NCBI RefSeq assembly: GCF_001194135.2
Contig: NC_068982.1
Span: 37,469,357 to 37,533,356 of the forward strand
Direction of reading: 5' to 3'
DNA length: 64,000 bases
Source of the DNA: Octopus bimaculoides
Lineage: Eukaryota
Shown: positions 50,535 through 62,379 of the stretch, in pieces
Numbering within the stretch: the stretch's first letter is position 1
Layout: the number at the start of each line of letters is the position of its first letter
The notes under the pieces: model-generated
Told to the model about the DNA's origin: nothing
Database searches by the model: none
Seen by the model: the letters and a program-made list of their open reading frames with translations, nothing else
Program-made: the position numbers and the translations under genes

Positions 50535-51515
50535 GTTCACAAAGTTGTGTTGATTGCTCTTAGCCCACAACTTTTAACATTGCCAAATGCCACCGTAACA
50601 TCGGGTTGTTTCCAGTTGACATTTTCTCAGGATATTGGTGGTGATGCTTTATGGGCATTTGCTAAATATATGTACGAAGGTGTTGTCTCCCTTAATGAGG
50701 AGGTATTAGAGGATATGGAGCATATTGCGAAAATCCTTGGTTTAAGTGATCTATTAGATATGTGTAAACTTTATCGGAAGCAGGTTTTGAGTTCTATTGA
50801 CAATCCTGTCACAACTAAGGCCTTAATCTCTCAATCAACTGAATCTCCAGGCATTATAAGGGATGCCATTTCAACAGAGATTGTTAATACAATGGATACA
50901 ATGCCTAAAACTGATGGCCCATCTTTATCAACTGGTGTATCTTTCGTGGGTCTACCCAATAGTGATATTACTCCATCAATCTCGAAACCAGTGCAACAGT
51001 TACAGAACTTAGCTACAGAATCAATGACAAATCAAATACAATTCCAAACAAAACAATCAGTTCCTCCGGTGATCCTTTATTCAGCTGATAAAGACTCTTC
51101 AGTTTCAAGCTATGCCAATGATTCTGTAGGATTAAAACAAGAACCATCAAGTCCCTTGAAAAAAAGGTGCAGTAAAAAAGATTTCTTATCTTCTTTTCCT
51201 TCAAGACACTCAGACACACATATTGTTGTCCACGATGATTTATCAGAACCTTGGCAACCACATTCTTACTGTGATAATGAAGACCCAAAAAGTCCTCCAC
51301 CTCCAAAGCGTCTAAAATCTTCAGAACTACCTGAAGACTCTTTATCTAATTTATCTCACTCAAATACTGAAGATTTCAGTCCTCACACTAAAAGTGCCAA
51401 AGACTCTTATCCTATCAAAATTGAACTTGAACGAGACTGTAACAGTGATTTAGAAACTTCTGGGATTCCTTATGTTGTGTCGTTAATTCAAGCCAAAGGC
51501 CTGGACACGACTTGA
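50535..51515 (+). CDS. BTB/POZ module, exon B (apparent last coding exon, 326 aa + stop)
   Basis: Acceptor TTTCTTTTCTAG|GTT CAC AAA. VHKVVLIALSP...AFAKYMYEGVVSL...IAKILGLSDLLDMC completes the BTB domain; then an S/P-rich tail with LKQE, IKIE and PPPKRLK motifs; no zinc finger. Confidence 0.9.
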   Translation, partial: VHKVVLIALSPQLLTLPNATVTSGCFQLTFSQDIGGDALWAFAKYMYEGVVSLNEEVLEDMEHIAKILGLSDLLDMCKLYRKQVLSSIDNPVTTKALISQSTESPGIIRDAISTEIVNTMDTMPKTDGPSLSTGVSFVGLPNSDITPSISKPVQQLQNLATESMTNQIQFQTKQSVPPVILYSADKDSSVSSYANDSVGLKQEPSSPLKKRCSKKDFLSSFPSRHSDTHIVVHDDLSEPWQPHSYCDNEDPKSPPPPKRLKSSELPEDSLSNLSHSNTEDFSPHTKSAKDSYPIKIELERDCNSDLETSGIPYVVSLIQAKGLDTT

Positions 51516-53247
51516 ACTTGTTTAATTGGCAAAGGATTCAGAAAAGAATGTTATAAAGTCATATATCAAATAGTTATCAATGATCTCAATTCATCTCATT
51601 TTAATTGGAAGTTCCAAGTAATATCCAGTTTTGTTTTTTTCTCTTCCAAATGAGTTCAGTTAAGAAACCTTTTTCTACTTTTTCTTTCACCTTGAACTTT
51701 TTCTGCTAATAAATTAATGATCTGAGAAAAATATAATATCAAGAGATTGCAACTTTTCCTTACAATTAGAGATTAAAATGACGAAAGATTTTTTTCATCA
51801 TCTTAACATGGTTTCTTTCAAAACATTTAAACTGTCTGAACACCTCTTTTAAGGAGAAACAAGAGCTATATATTTTTCTTCTACTCAATTAGGTCACTTT
51901 AGCATTTGTGTCACCAGATGACAGACATGTCAAACAGATAATGATCAGCGTTAAAAATTGAACAATAATATTTTCAAAGTGGTAAAAGCTAGATAATGTA
52001 TGTGGCTACACAATGGAGTGCTATTATTTTATTTATAATTTCAGCTTTATCAACAGTTCCTCATTTAAATTCGTTGGAAGGTTGGTCTTAAATAGTATGA
52101 AGAGTTATGAAATATTTCAGTCTAAAGCCTCTGGATTCTTTTAACTTTCAATTTACTCTGCTTTTATCTTTTATTTTCCAAGCATTGTTTCCAATGATTG
52201 TAATTTAAGATTTTTAAAAGTGAATAACAAATATATTACTTATGTGATCAGCCTTTGGTTTGGAATTATATCTGGATATTTAGTTTCACAGCATACAAAA
52301 GTTAGCTCTCATATTGAAATTTTAATATTTTAATTTATTAAAGATTTTTAATTGTGTGCTATTATTGTTAACAATGGCTTTGTCTGGATTTTTTTTTCAG
52401 CAATCCACTGGTGCCTAGCAACTGATAAATAGATTAATATATAGTGTATTCCATAGTTTGTATGTTGAACTGTGGATAAAAAAATATAATTTTTTTTTTT
52501 TTTATTTGTATCGAAACCAGTGATGATATGCATGTAAAAATTGTTATGGTTAATTTAGCAAACATTCTGTAACTGGATCATTTCATTGAAGGAAACATGG
52601 CATAAATATATTACATTTTTTACATTATTGAAAAGTTTACTTTGGTAAAATAAACAAAATAATCCATTGTCGGAATTTGCTTGTATTTTATTTAAATGTT
52701 TGCAACATCTTGCAATTTAATTTGTCAAATAAAATCTGGAACATTTTTACTAATGAAAATTATAACCAACTTTATAACTAAATGGTTGCATGAAGATTGA
52801 GGACAAAATGTCTTGTTGCTGTTTTTGTTGGATTAATAATTCATACTTGTTACCTGAGGGTTATTGTACCAATCTATATTTTTTTCCTTTTGATAAATTC
52901 TAAGATGCAATCTTTAAAGTAACAAACCATCAAATTTGTCATTGAAACCAGTTCAATAAACTGCTTCATATCTGCAACAAATACATTTGAGGTCACACCA
53001 GAAGAGATTATTAAACTGAAGTTTGTACAATGCGACAAAAAGTCAGACAACACAATATAGATTTGTGCATGGAAATGTCATTATGAGAAATATAATCCTT
53101 TCTATTATAAGCACAAGGCCTGAAAAGTATGAGTAGTATAATGAAAGCCAGCCCTGTTAGGTCTGAGTGGAACTGAAAGAAAGATCAGCTATATGTATTA
53201 GTTTCAGCATAATTGTTGCATGACTCTGCTGAAACTAACCTGAGATT

Positions 53248-53490
53248 TCATCATCATCGTTTAACGTCCGTTTTCCATGCTGGCATGGGTTGGACGGTTT
53301 GACTGAAGTCTGGAGAGCCAGCGGCTGCACCAGGTTCCAATCTGATCTGGCAAAGTTTCTACAGCTGGATGCCCTTCCTAACGCCAACCATTCTGAGAGT
53401 GTAAGTGGGTGCTTTTTACATACCACCGGCACAGGAGCCAGTCAGGCGGGCCTGGCACCGATCATGTTCGGATAGTATTTTTTACGTGTC
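53248..53490 (-). mobile_element. RTE 3' tail fragment
   Basis: CATCATCATCGTTTAACGTCCG...GGATGCCCTTCCTAACGCC. Confidence 0.88.
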
Positions 53491-53977
53491 ACCTTAACAA
53501 GGTATCTTAATAATCTAAAGGAAGCTGTTCACCAGAGGTCTGTTCTCAGACCTGTATTTTGAGGTAACACAGGAGTCAGGAATTTTTATTGTGTGTGAGA
53601 TTATAAAATCATTGCAGAATCTATCAGAGATTCATAAAAATGTTCAAACCTGCAAGAATGGTTTGAAGTCTAGAGCTCATCATAGCAAAAGTCAAAAGTG
53701 CTAACTAATAAATGAAAAATAAACAAACATTAATGTTTTGTTGAAATACAAAATGATACCAATGTTGATTCTCCTAGTTAAGCTGTCTGCCTGTGGGATT
53801 CATCTATTTTAGATTGGAGGCTTCTTGTCAGATGATACCATATTTGGATGGACCACTATATAACCAACACTCCATCAACTACTGTGTGCACTCATGGTTT
53901 GTTTGTGGCTCATAGACTCCTTTAAGTCATGTACAGTAAAAAAATTTTTCACTATCAATGTCTACTTCTGTGTAGAT

Positions 53978-54300
53978 CAGTGGTTCTCAAACAGGGTCCA
54001 TATAAGATTTTTTGAGGTCCACACAACAAAACAGTAAATTGGGGATCCACAATAGATTTTTAAGGGCCCTGAAAAAATTTTGATTTTGATGTATATATTG
54101 GTATGTATTGCAAGAAACAGCCAGGTTTCTTTCTCTAACATTTTACATATTTCAACAAGTTAATGTGTGAAAAACAAAATAGGAATTTTGAAACATGTTT
54201 CTATAAAACTAGTTTTTAAACATTGAATGGTTGTGGGGGTCCACCAGAATAAAATAGCAATCAAAGGGGTTCATAAGTAAAAAGTGGTTGAGAATCTCCA
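53978..54300. mobile_element. hAT-type MITE with intact 8-bp TSD
   Basis: GTGTAGAT at 53970-53977 and 54301-54308; ends CAGTGGTTCTCAA and TTGAGAATCTCCA. Confidence 0.85.
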
Positions 54301-54309
54301 GTGTAGATT

Positions 54310-54600
54310 ATACCATTCTTCATCCCCTTCCTTTAATACAACGTGATTGCATCCAAAAGAAGGCCATCTGGCTGATTGGCAAAGATTTACTCACCAACAC
54401 ATTACAGTCTCTAGCCTCTGTTGCTCCCTTCATGGTCTCAGCTTCTCTGAACCAGCTAATTGCATACCACTGCCACCTGACACATTGGCCCCACTGTTTC
54501 TCAATTCCCTCTGGAATTCCCTTTTCATGTGAACACCAGCTTACATATTGTCAATTTGAATATCAGTTGAATCATTCTCTGAGGACCTGTGTAGTTTATG
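54310..54600 (+). mobile_element. Non-RTE LINE (CR1/L2/Jockey-type) 3' relic
   Basis: DCIQKKAIWLIGKDLLTNTLQSL resembles 'LDRIQKKAIRLI...LQSL.HRR'. Confidence 0.55.
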
Positions 54601-55599
54601 AGCATTGTCCCTTCCTCCTGGCTAGAAGGAAGAGGCAATGCACAAAAAAGAGTAAAAACAGAAAAAAACTATATAGGAGAGAGAAAAGGAAACTGGATGC
54701 TTCTATTACAAAAGGTCTTTCAGTATTATTGTATATATATTATTATATGGTCCTTTGAGAAAGGATATTGTTTTGAGTTCAGAATTTGTCATATTTCACT
54801 CCACAGTTAGCTGTCGGCCAATAATGTAAGAGGCAAAAAAATAACTTGTTAGCAGAGTACCCAATGAACAGCAAGCTACTAGCTCAGTTGTGCGGCGCCA
54901 AAATAAAAACCTCTCTCACAGAAAAGTCGAGTAAAAGATAACATTTTGTTTAGTGCTGCTCTTAAGAGTAGCCTCCCTTGTCCTATGCTTTAAAAAAAAA
55001 ACCGAAAAAAAAAAACCGAAAAAAAAAACCGACGCGTTTACATAGACTATATTTACATGATTTTGTAACATTTAATGTTAACGAACAATTGCAAAGGATT
55101 ATTTTGAAATCGAAATTCAAAATAGATGGATGGATTTACGAAAAGGGGGCGAAAGTAGATACATTACGTAAAAAATACTATAAAGTAACAATACTTAACA
55201 ATTACTAATAGTAGAAGTATCAGAGCTAATAACCTTATATTTCATATAAATTTTCTATATATTCATGGTTTTCGATACTTATGCCGGTGTTGAAACAATT
55301 TTCATTTTAAAAGGGTCATATATTCAAGTATGTTTTTTCTAATCTGAAGCATCCGCTTTCATTTTAGTCTTATTAGTGTTGATTAAAACACTCACACGTA
55401 TCAGGAACGTTTTATACATTGTAATTTTGAATATCAAAACTAAACGAATTCCACTTTGTAAAAATGACAATGCATAATTCAGTTAATGGCTAATATTTTA
55501 ATACTAGACACCATAATTTTCTTTGTGCCTTCCAATCTCAGTATTTATTCCTTTTTAAACTGACCGGTCTGAAGAAGTGGAGGTGCACAGCTTATGCAG

Positions 55600-55920
55600 G
55601 CTTTCCTAAATTGGCTTGACCGATGTCATTAGTATTCCTCCCGAACATTTGTAAACCAACACCTGTAGGGAAGGTATGAGCAGAGATGGCGGTGGTGGAT
55701 TCCGGAAGGTAAGACACTCTTGAAAGGAAGGACTGGATGTACTGATTAGGGCAAGACTAAATGAGGACTCACTCACTAAAAGACGGGAATGCCTGAGTGG
55801 AGGCAGTATGAGTCTAGCTAGATCTAAGGAACAGAAGCCATTATAATAGCAGTTGACAAAGCAGACAGCATGCCTGTTGACCAGAGACTGAATCGTGTCA
55901 ATAAGTTAGGTGGCTCTTAA
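55600..55920 (-). mobile_element. Non-RTE LINE (CR1/L2/Jockey-type) 3' relic
   Basis: Reverse frame DTIQSLVNRHAVCFVNCYYNGFCSLDLARLILPP resembles 'LQSL.HRR.VASL..FYRYYNG.CSSEL..LIPP'. Confidence 0.55.
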
Positions 55921-55989
55921 ATGGATGTAGTCGAGGATGTCTTGTGTCTAAATATGCTTTAAAACATAATGCGTCAAGTGAAGCATGAA

Positions 55990-56335
55990 ACTTTAAAGAA
56001 TATTTTGACAAAAAGAAAAACTTAAAGCAACATTATTTAAACCCAGAAAACAACTGCTTGATTTTTTATTTAAAGAATTTCCGCTAGATATTTAAAAAAA
56101 AAACCCGCTGATTAATGGCAGAGGAAAAGTATGACTGCTCATCAAAATAACAATAGAAGTCATCCCTTCTTAAACAAAGGTTTTTAGTGATGTAGTTTGA
56201 GGTGTAATAGCAATGCCATCCACCCAAATCAGTGCTGAAAGACTGTTTTCTGCATTATAAGTAATCAAACCACATTTGTGGGCGTCCATGAAGGATGATC
56301 TGGAAGAAATAATTTGGTTTCCGAGAGCAAGATAT
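55990..56335 (+). mobile_element. hAT transposase dimerisation-domain relic
   Basis: AMPSTQISAERLFSAL*VIKPHLWASMKDDL (ATG at 56213) matches the hAT C-terminal 'P.S....ER.FS' motif; several stops. Confidence 0.75.
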
Positions 56336-56675
56336 CACATTTTCGATATGAATTCTTGATTCTATAGAAATTTCAAATTCCATATTCTATAGAGATATGG
56401 TTTCTTTATAGGGGTTGTAAGGATAAAATTTTCAAATCAATCCTTGATGGTCATTGTTACGTCTACTTTTCCATAGATTGGACAAGATCTCTTGAGATAA
56501 TGGCTGGATGCCCTGCCTTGTTTTTCAGGTAAGGTGTTTCACTGGTCTTTGCATGTTGAACTACTGAGTTGCTGAATATAAACAAACGTAACTATTACCC
56601 AAGTGGTGTCAGTGGGAAGACACATGACGACAAACACATACACATATGCAAGATTGTAAGGTAATCTTTTTAAAA

Positions 56676-57700
56676 TATTAGGGTGCTATGTTAGCAGGTT
56701 GAGTGCCCAAACCCCCCGTTTTCGGATACGGAGGTCCCGCAAAATTGCCAAAAATTGGCATTGCAAAAAAATTGCCCATTTTTCTGAAAGTTATGAGTGA
56801 AGAAAGCTGATTAAAGTGAATTTTCCGAAACTTCTCACTCCACTCTCGGAAAAAAAAATTCCACCACAAATTGTAATATAATCGGAATCTACACCATTTG
56901 AGGAGTATTTGTAGAAAATTTCATTCCTGGAAGTTATGAGGCAACAGATTCGTGAGAGAGTATACGATTAGGAAAACCGAGTTTTCATAGAAAGAATTTA
57001 AAATCAGGTTTGAAAAACCAAAACAGACACACACACACATACCTACACTGCCCAAATTGTTGAAATTTTGGTTTCATAGGTATGAAGTCCGAAAAACAAA
57101 AGAACACTTTCATCACATTTGACCATCTTAACATCTGCTCAATCAGAAATTGTAACCTAAAGCCGAGTCTTGTTCCGAGTGCTCAACAATTAGGATGGAA
57201 ATGCTTTCTTCTCAAAGTAATAATAGACTTAATTTTAAAAAATTCTTTTGCCAAAACCCCTCGTTTTCGTATGTGGAGGTTCCGGAAAATTGCCGAAAAT
57301 CGGCATTGTTAAATTCCCCCACTCCCTTTCCCCACCAAATTCTTCAATTTTGACTTTTTCCCCCAACACTAACCCAAACCCTAACCCTAACCATAACCCT
57401 AAAACCCTAATCCCAACCCTAAAGCCTTATCCATAACTACAGAAATGTTTTGAAATTTTTGTCCGAATCATAATGTCCGTATTTTTCCGCATATTTAGAA
57501 GAAAAAAAAATTCTTAAAAACAAAATTTACAAAAATTTTTGGAAATTTTTTTCAGAATCATGATCTCCGTATTTTTCCGCATATTTTCGGAAAAAAAAAA
57601 ATTCTGAAAAAAGTTAAAAAATGAAGGAANNNNNNNNNNAGCCGAAAAGGCGGGCTTTGGGTCGAAAATTTTTTTTTAAGGGTTGGTTTCGGGGGTGGGG
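56676..57700. repeat. Composite dispersed repeat: two related 70-bp blocks, telomere-like tract, 90-bp tandem pair
   Basis: CCCC.CGTTTTCG.AT..GGAGGT.CCG.AAAATTGCC.AAAAT.GGCATTG at about 56708 and 57255; CCCTAA variants 57361-57425; GAATCAT.AT.TCCGTATTTTTCCGCATATTT at 57465 and 57555. Confidence 0.7.
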
Positions 57701-57724
57701 GAGGGGCGGAAGTCTTGCCAAAAA

Positions 57725-57828
57725 TTTGGAATAGACCTCGGTGGAATTTGAACTCAGAATGTAAAGATGGATGAAATGCTGCCGAGAATTTTGCCCGGCG
57801 TGCTAACGATTCTGCCAAGCTCGCCGAC
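57725..57828 (-). mobile_element. SINE family B head fragment
   Basis: GGAATTTGAACTCAGAA...GCTAACGATTCTGCCA.GCTCGCC is the reverse of the family B head. Confidence 0.65.
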
Positions 57829-60827
57829 TTACTCCACCCAAAGACTGTTACATCCAATGGGGCTTAGGCTCCAACTTGAGCAACACTGAGTAGAGGCTCT
57901 AGTTGGCTAGAACTCTTTGCAAAGTTGAGTAGCAAAATTACCAAATTCAGTATATTGCTGGCATTTTTTGTTGACTTGAAATAACTTGAGAAAAGATTTG
58001 AAACTGTCTAGATATAAAGGATATTTATTTCGACTATATAAAAGTTGTGGATAAAATTTACTATAGTAATATAAATAAACATGCACCGTCTTGATGGAAA
58101 TGTTTTCGTAATTGTAAATAATTGCTTTTAAACATTGCTTCAAGGTTTGTTAGAGAGCAGACTTTAGCAAGAATGCTTTAAATGTTACCTCGATACATTA
58201 AACAACTAAGCAGCATAATCATATCAACAATTATAAATCTAAAACCTTCTAATACTTCTACCATCAATAGAACTCTCTTATGTGGAGGTATAAATTGTAT
58301 AGTGTCATGTCTGTCTATTGCTTTTTCTGAGTTGCAGCGGAAGGTAAAAATAGTTTTATTGTGTACCTAAATTTTTCTGAAATATTGTTTACTTAAATTT
58401 TTTAGTTAAATATACATTTTATTAGCGTTCTTATTTTTAATGCATGGATTAGATAATTTGAATAACTCTAACGTTCATCTGAGATCTAGTTATCCTTTCT
58501 GTATACAAAATATAGTCACTTTACACTTTTAAATCGAATTTGTCAGTTTTGGTATGTCAGAATTGTTATATAAAAACTTATATTCATATTTATACACAAC
58601 AACTTTATCTGCCATTTCTGGTAGATTATTCATTAATAAAAATGCATTAGTTTTACTCAAGTATAGTACCTCGCTTAATACTAAGCCGGTTTCAATTCAG
58701 TTAAGCTGTTATTATCCTTGGAAAATCATTCTTTAAAATATCCCATTTCTTTTCACTAATACATTTAAAGTATTGTACTTTTAAAAGAATTATTTATTAC
58801 ACCGAATTCCCTTTTCTGTTTATTAATGCAAGGTATTCAGGTGGTAAATAACAAGTCGTTATTGTAACAAAGTAGACTCAGAACGATATTCTTGTATTTT
58901 CAGATTTCGTATTTTAGACAGCTATGTAATTTGTATTACTGTGCAGAGCTCCATGCAAAGCAAAAGTGATAATTTGAATTTTCCCGTTATGTGAGCAGCG
59001 AAGGAGCTTCCACGAAAGCCCGCTAGAAATAGTAAACAAATCCTTTTCTACTGTCATAAAGAAGGACCCAATAGATGATGTAGTTAACAATAAAAAGATG
59101 AGCGAGTACATGTAGTATACCTTTCAACATTAGTTTATCCAGAGTTGACCTAGAGGGTGTCTGCTGTTAAAAATAAATAATGAATAACGAACTACAGAAA
59201 ACGTAGTTCTATAAGTGGTAGTTATAGTTGTTTACTTATCTATGTAATAATTAGTTATATAATATATATGTCAATTAAAAGAGCCTTCTACTCTCAGTAA
59301 GTTTTGTAACACCTGATGACACAGCAATGGTTTTAAATATATCACCAGGAGGCCCAACTTCACTACCCATAGGGCTAAGCAATAATGATATATATATATA
59401 TTTTTTTATATACAGTGCATGGGACAAAATTATGATTACACACACATACACATTTATGAGAGAGGGAGAGAATAGATAGGGATATATCCTGGCAGGTACC
59501 GTTCAAACACTGAGTTATAATCTAAGTTATGGCTAACGATAACAAGTGGTAAGAAACACCTAGGATTATTTAAAGTAAGCAATCCAAATGTATTTCACAC
59601 AATGAGTAAATCCTGGGTTTGCTTCATTGGATTATTATAGTTAACAGAGTGTACAACCAAGAGAATTACAATGAATATGGAGATTAATACATTAGTACAT
59701 TTTCTATTTTTACAGATAATTACACAGCATATTCAATTTAAATCTATCTGAAATATGTTTCCACTGTACAGATGTCTAGCAATTGCATTTGCTCCCAGTT
59801 TCATTCATCTAGTTAATAGTCTATGCACCTTTATTCTAGGTTCAGCCACTGTCTTGGTTTGAAGTGAACTTAGGGTTTGTTGTTTTAGCTGGTATTATAT
59901 TTAATAGGGGACTATAGTGTTTGAGTGCAAAGAATGTAAGAGGAACATTTGGGAATCTGATCCAGCTATAAAAACATTTATTGGGTTGACCCTATAATGC
60001 CCCAGGTTTGAATTTTGAATCATGGATACTAGATCCTAAATTAGGTCAGAGTATATTTCAATTACTAGCCTTAGGTAAATTACAAATTAATGAGTTTCAG
60101 TGAGACATGTGTACAATTATGGGTCACTAAGTCAGATATATTTAGAGATATGAAATAGGTAGAACTTACTTGTAAGATCAATCCAAATCTTTATTTTATA
60201 AATCAAGTTTAAATCTACATGTAGATTTTGTCATCCAAGATATGTAGTAAGTTATTTCATATTTGGAGTTTTACATCTGGAGAATACTAATTACTACTAG
60301 GATATAGGCAAACTAGATATTTGCTATGTAACTCTAGTATCTCTGATGTACAGGGTGCTTACCTAATTAAAAACTCTTTCTCTGAAAGTTTTTGAATGCC
60401 TTTCTGTAAAGGTGCTGACACCTTAGGACTAGTTCCTTATTATTTAGTGTGTTGATGTGAAAATACAGAACATCTCTTCTCGGCAAAAATTGCATTTTTT
60501 CCCCTCTGATTACATAAGGCTCTACCTCGCCTATTATTTCTCATTCTATATTAAAGTTAGTGATTCTATCCTTTAGGGACCAGATAAACCCACTTAAGCT
60601 TATGTTCTATATTATGCTCTCTATCCTTAAATGAAGCTAAATGATTTGCTAGTCTCACCTTAAAATTCTATGCAGTAGAAACACATGTAGGACAGATTTA
60701 AGTTAAATATGTTGTAAAAATAAAAATGTGCAGATGTATTAATCTCTTATACACACACCCACACACATATATTTATACACATATATTCATACATATATAT
60801 ACATGTATATAAACACACACACACACA

Positions 60828-62000
60828 CCATAAATAATGTGGGGTTTTTTCAGTTGCATGAATTAAAAGTCAGAGGGGATGGGATAAACTACCTGCATCA
60901 CCTTGCTATAAGAGCAGGTAGTAATTTTACCTTGGGTTTATCCTTATTGCTTTATGAGTTCAGTAAAGGCAACAACGCAACAGAAAATACAAGGAATATT
61001 AATGCAGTATATGAGGATTGGACAGTAAGTGTAAGTCAGTGCCAACGGTGGTTCTAGAAATTCTGAGCTAGAAACTACAGCCTAGAAGATGAGCTTCATC
61101 CTGGAAGATCTGAAGAGCTCAACAATGACGTCCTGCAAACCCTAGTGGAACAAAATCCCATCATAACTGTTGAGGAACTAGCAGAGAAGCTTAGATTTGG
61201 TCATTCAACCATTCATGGACACCTATACACCATCGGAAAAGTCAGCAAATTGGGTCAGTGGGTTCCTCACAAACTTTTCGAGTCTAATCACATGCAGAGA
61301 GTGAATGTGTGCTCTTCTTTGCTGTCATGTCTCACGAATGAACCTTTTTTTGACTGAATAGTGACTGGTGACAAGAAATCGGTTCTTTATAAAACTGTCA
61401 AGTGCCAAAGATAGTGGGTAGGGAAAGGAGAAACACTGGCACCCCAAGCTAAAGAAGGTCTTCACCCATGTAAGGTGTTATCTGTTTANNNNNNNNNNNN
61501 NNNNNNNNNNNNNNNNNNNNNNNNNNNNNNNNNNNNNNNNNNNNNNNNNNNNNNNNNNNNNNNNNNNNNNNNNNNNNNNNNNNNNNNNNNNNNNNNNNNN
61601 NNNNNNNNNNNNNNNNNNNNNNNNNNNNNNNNNGAAAGGTGTTCTTCCATCAGGATAATGCTTGGCCACATACAGTGAGAATGACATTCCAAAGGCTGGA
61701 ACAGTTTGAATGGGAAACGATGCCCCACCCACCATATTTGCTGGACATTGCCCCATCTGATTATCATTTATTCTGCAGTCTTCAAAATCATTTGGATAGA
61801 AAAAGTATAAATTCTGTAGATGAGGTCAGAACAGTACTGGAGGAGTATTTTTTGTCACGAACAAGTGAATTTTGGAAGAAGGGCCTTGCAAGTCTACCAG
61901 ATAGATGGAAGAGCATTGTAAAAAATGAAGGAGAGTATATTTTAGATTAAAAAAGAACTTTATCTTAATTTTGACGCATTATTTATGGGATGACCCAATA
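60828..62000 (+). mobile_element. mariner (DD34D) element, near full length, pseudogenised
   Basis: HTH region (ENTRNINAVY...QRWF), WVPHKL, IVTGD, HQDNA, PSDYHLF with 34 residues between the second and third D; several stops and an N gap. Right TIR GCATTATTTATGGGATGACCCAATA; partial left TIR CCATAAATAATG. Confidence 0.93.
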
Positions 62001-62249
62001 TATATTCGAATACTAGAATACCCAAGAACATTGTGTGCAACACTGTGTTTGTATTCTACAGCATAGTTATATATTGTTAGATATATAAAGAATATCTCAC
62101 ATTTCTCATTTACTTCTGTACTGTAAAACTTGTTATTACATATACTACTTTAATTGTATATTTTCAATTCATTTTCTTTGTCTTATAAGTTTGTAAAAAT
62201 TTATGCCTTGTTGACTAGTTCAAATTTCTTTTTAAGTTTATAACTGAGA

Positions 62250-62379
62250 ATGTCTGCTGATGAAGAAGAGGAGGAAGAGAATGTTTTTTCATTTAAAGAT
62301 GATCGCCCAGTACCAGACTCTGTTTACACATATCCTTCAGGATTGAGAGAAAGTGCTATTCCATTGGTTATTGATAATG
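62250..62379 (+). CDS. ACTR5: Actin-related protein 5 (INO80 complex), first coding exon
   Basis: MSADEEEEEENVFSFKDDRPVPD...IPLVIDNG: the NVFxFxD..PD N-terminus is typical of Arp5, followed by the actin-fold phosphate-1 loop. Donor G|GTATGG (phase 1); acceptor at 62236 implies an upstream UTR exon. Confidence 0.85.

Noticed and set aside
52925-53070. 45-aa open stretch after the BTB gene (…NTFEVTPEEIIKLKFVQCDKK…)
   Set aside because: No in-frame acceptor or start, no matching upstream donor and no recognisable motif.
57361-57425. True telomere or chromosome-fusion site
   Set aside because: Short, degenerate, embedded in a dispersed repeat and flanked by ordinary genes.
58914-59111. Resemblance to the beta-mannosidase N-terminus (W...NG.I...G..HS)
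   Set aside because: Too few matching residues and no downstream exons with glycoside-hydrolase motifs.
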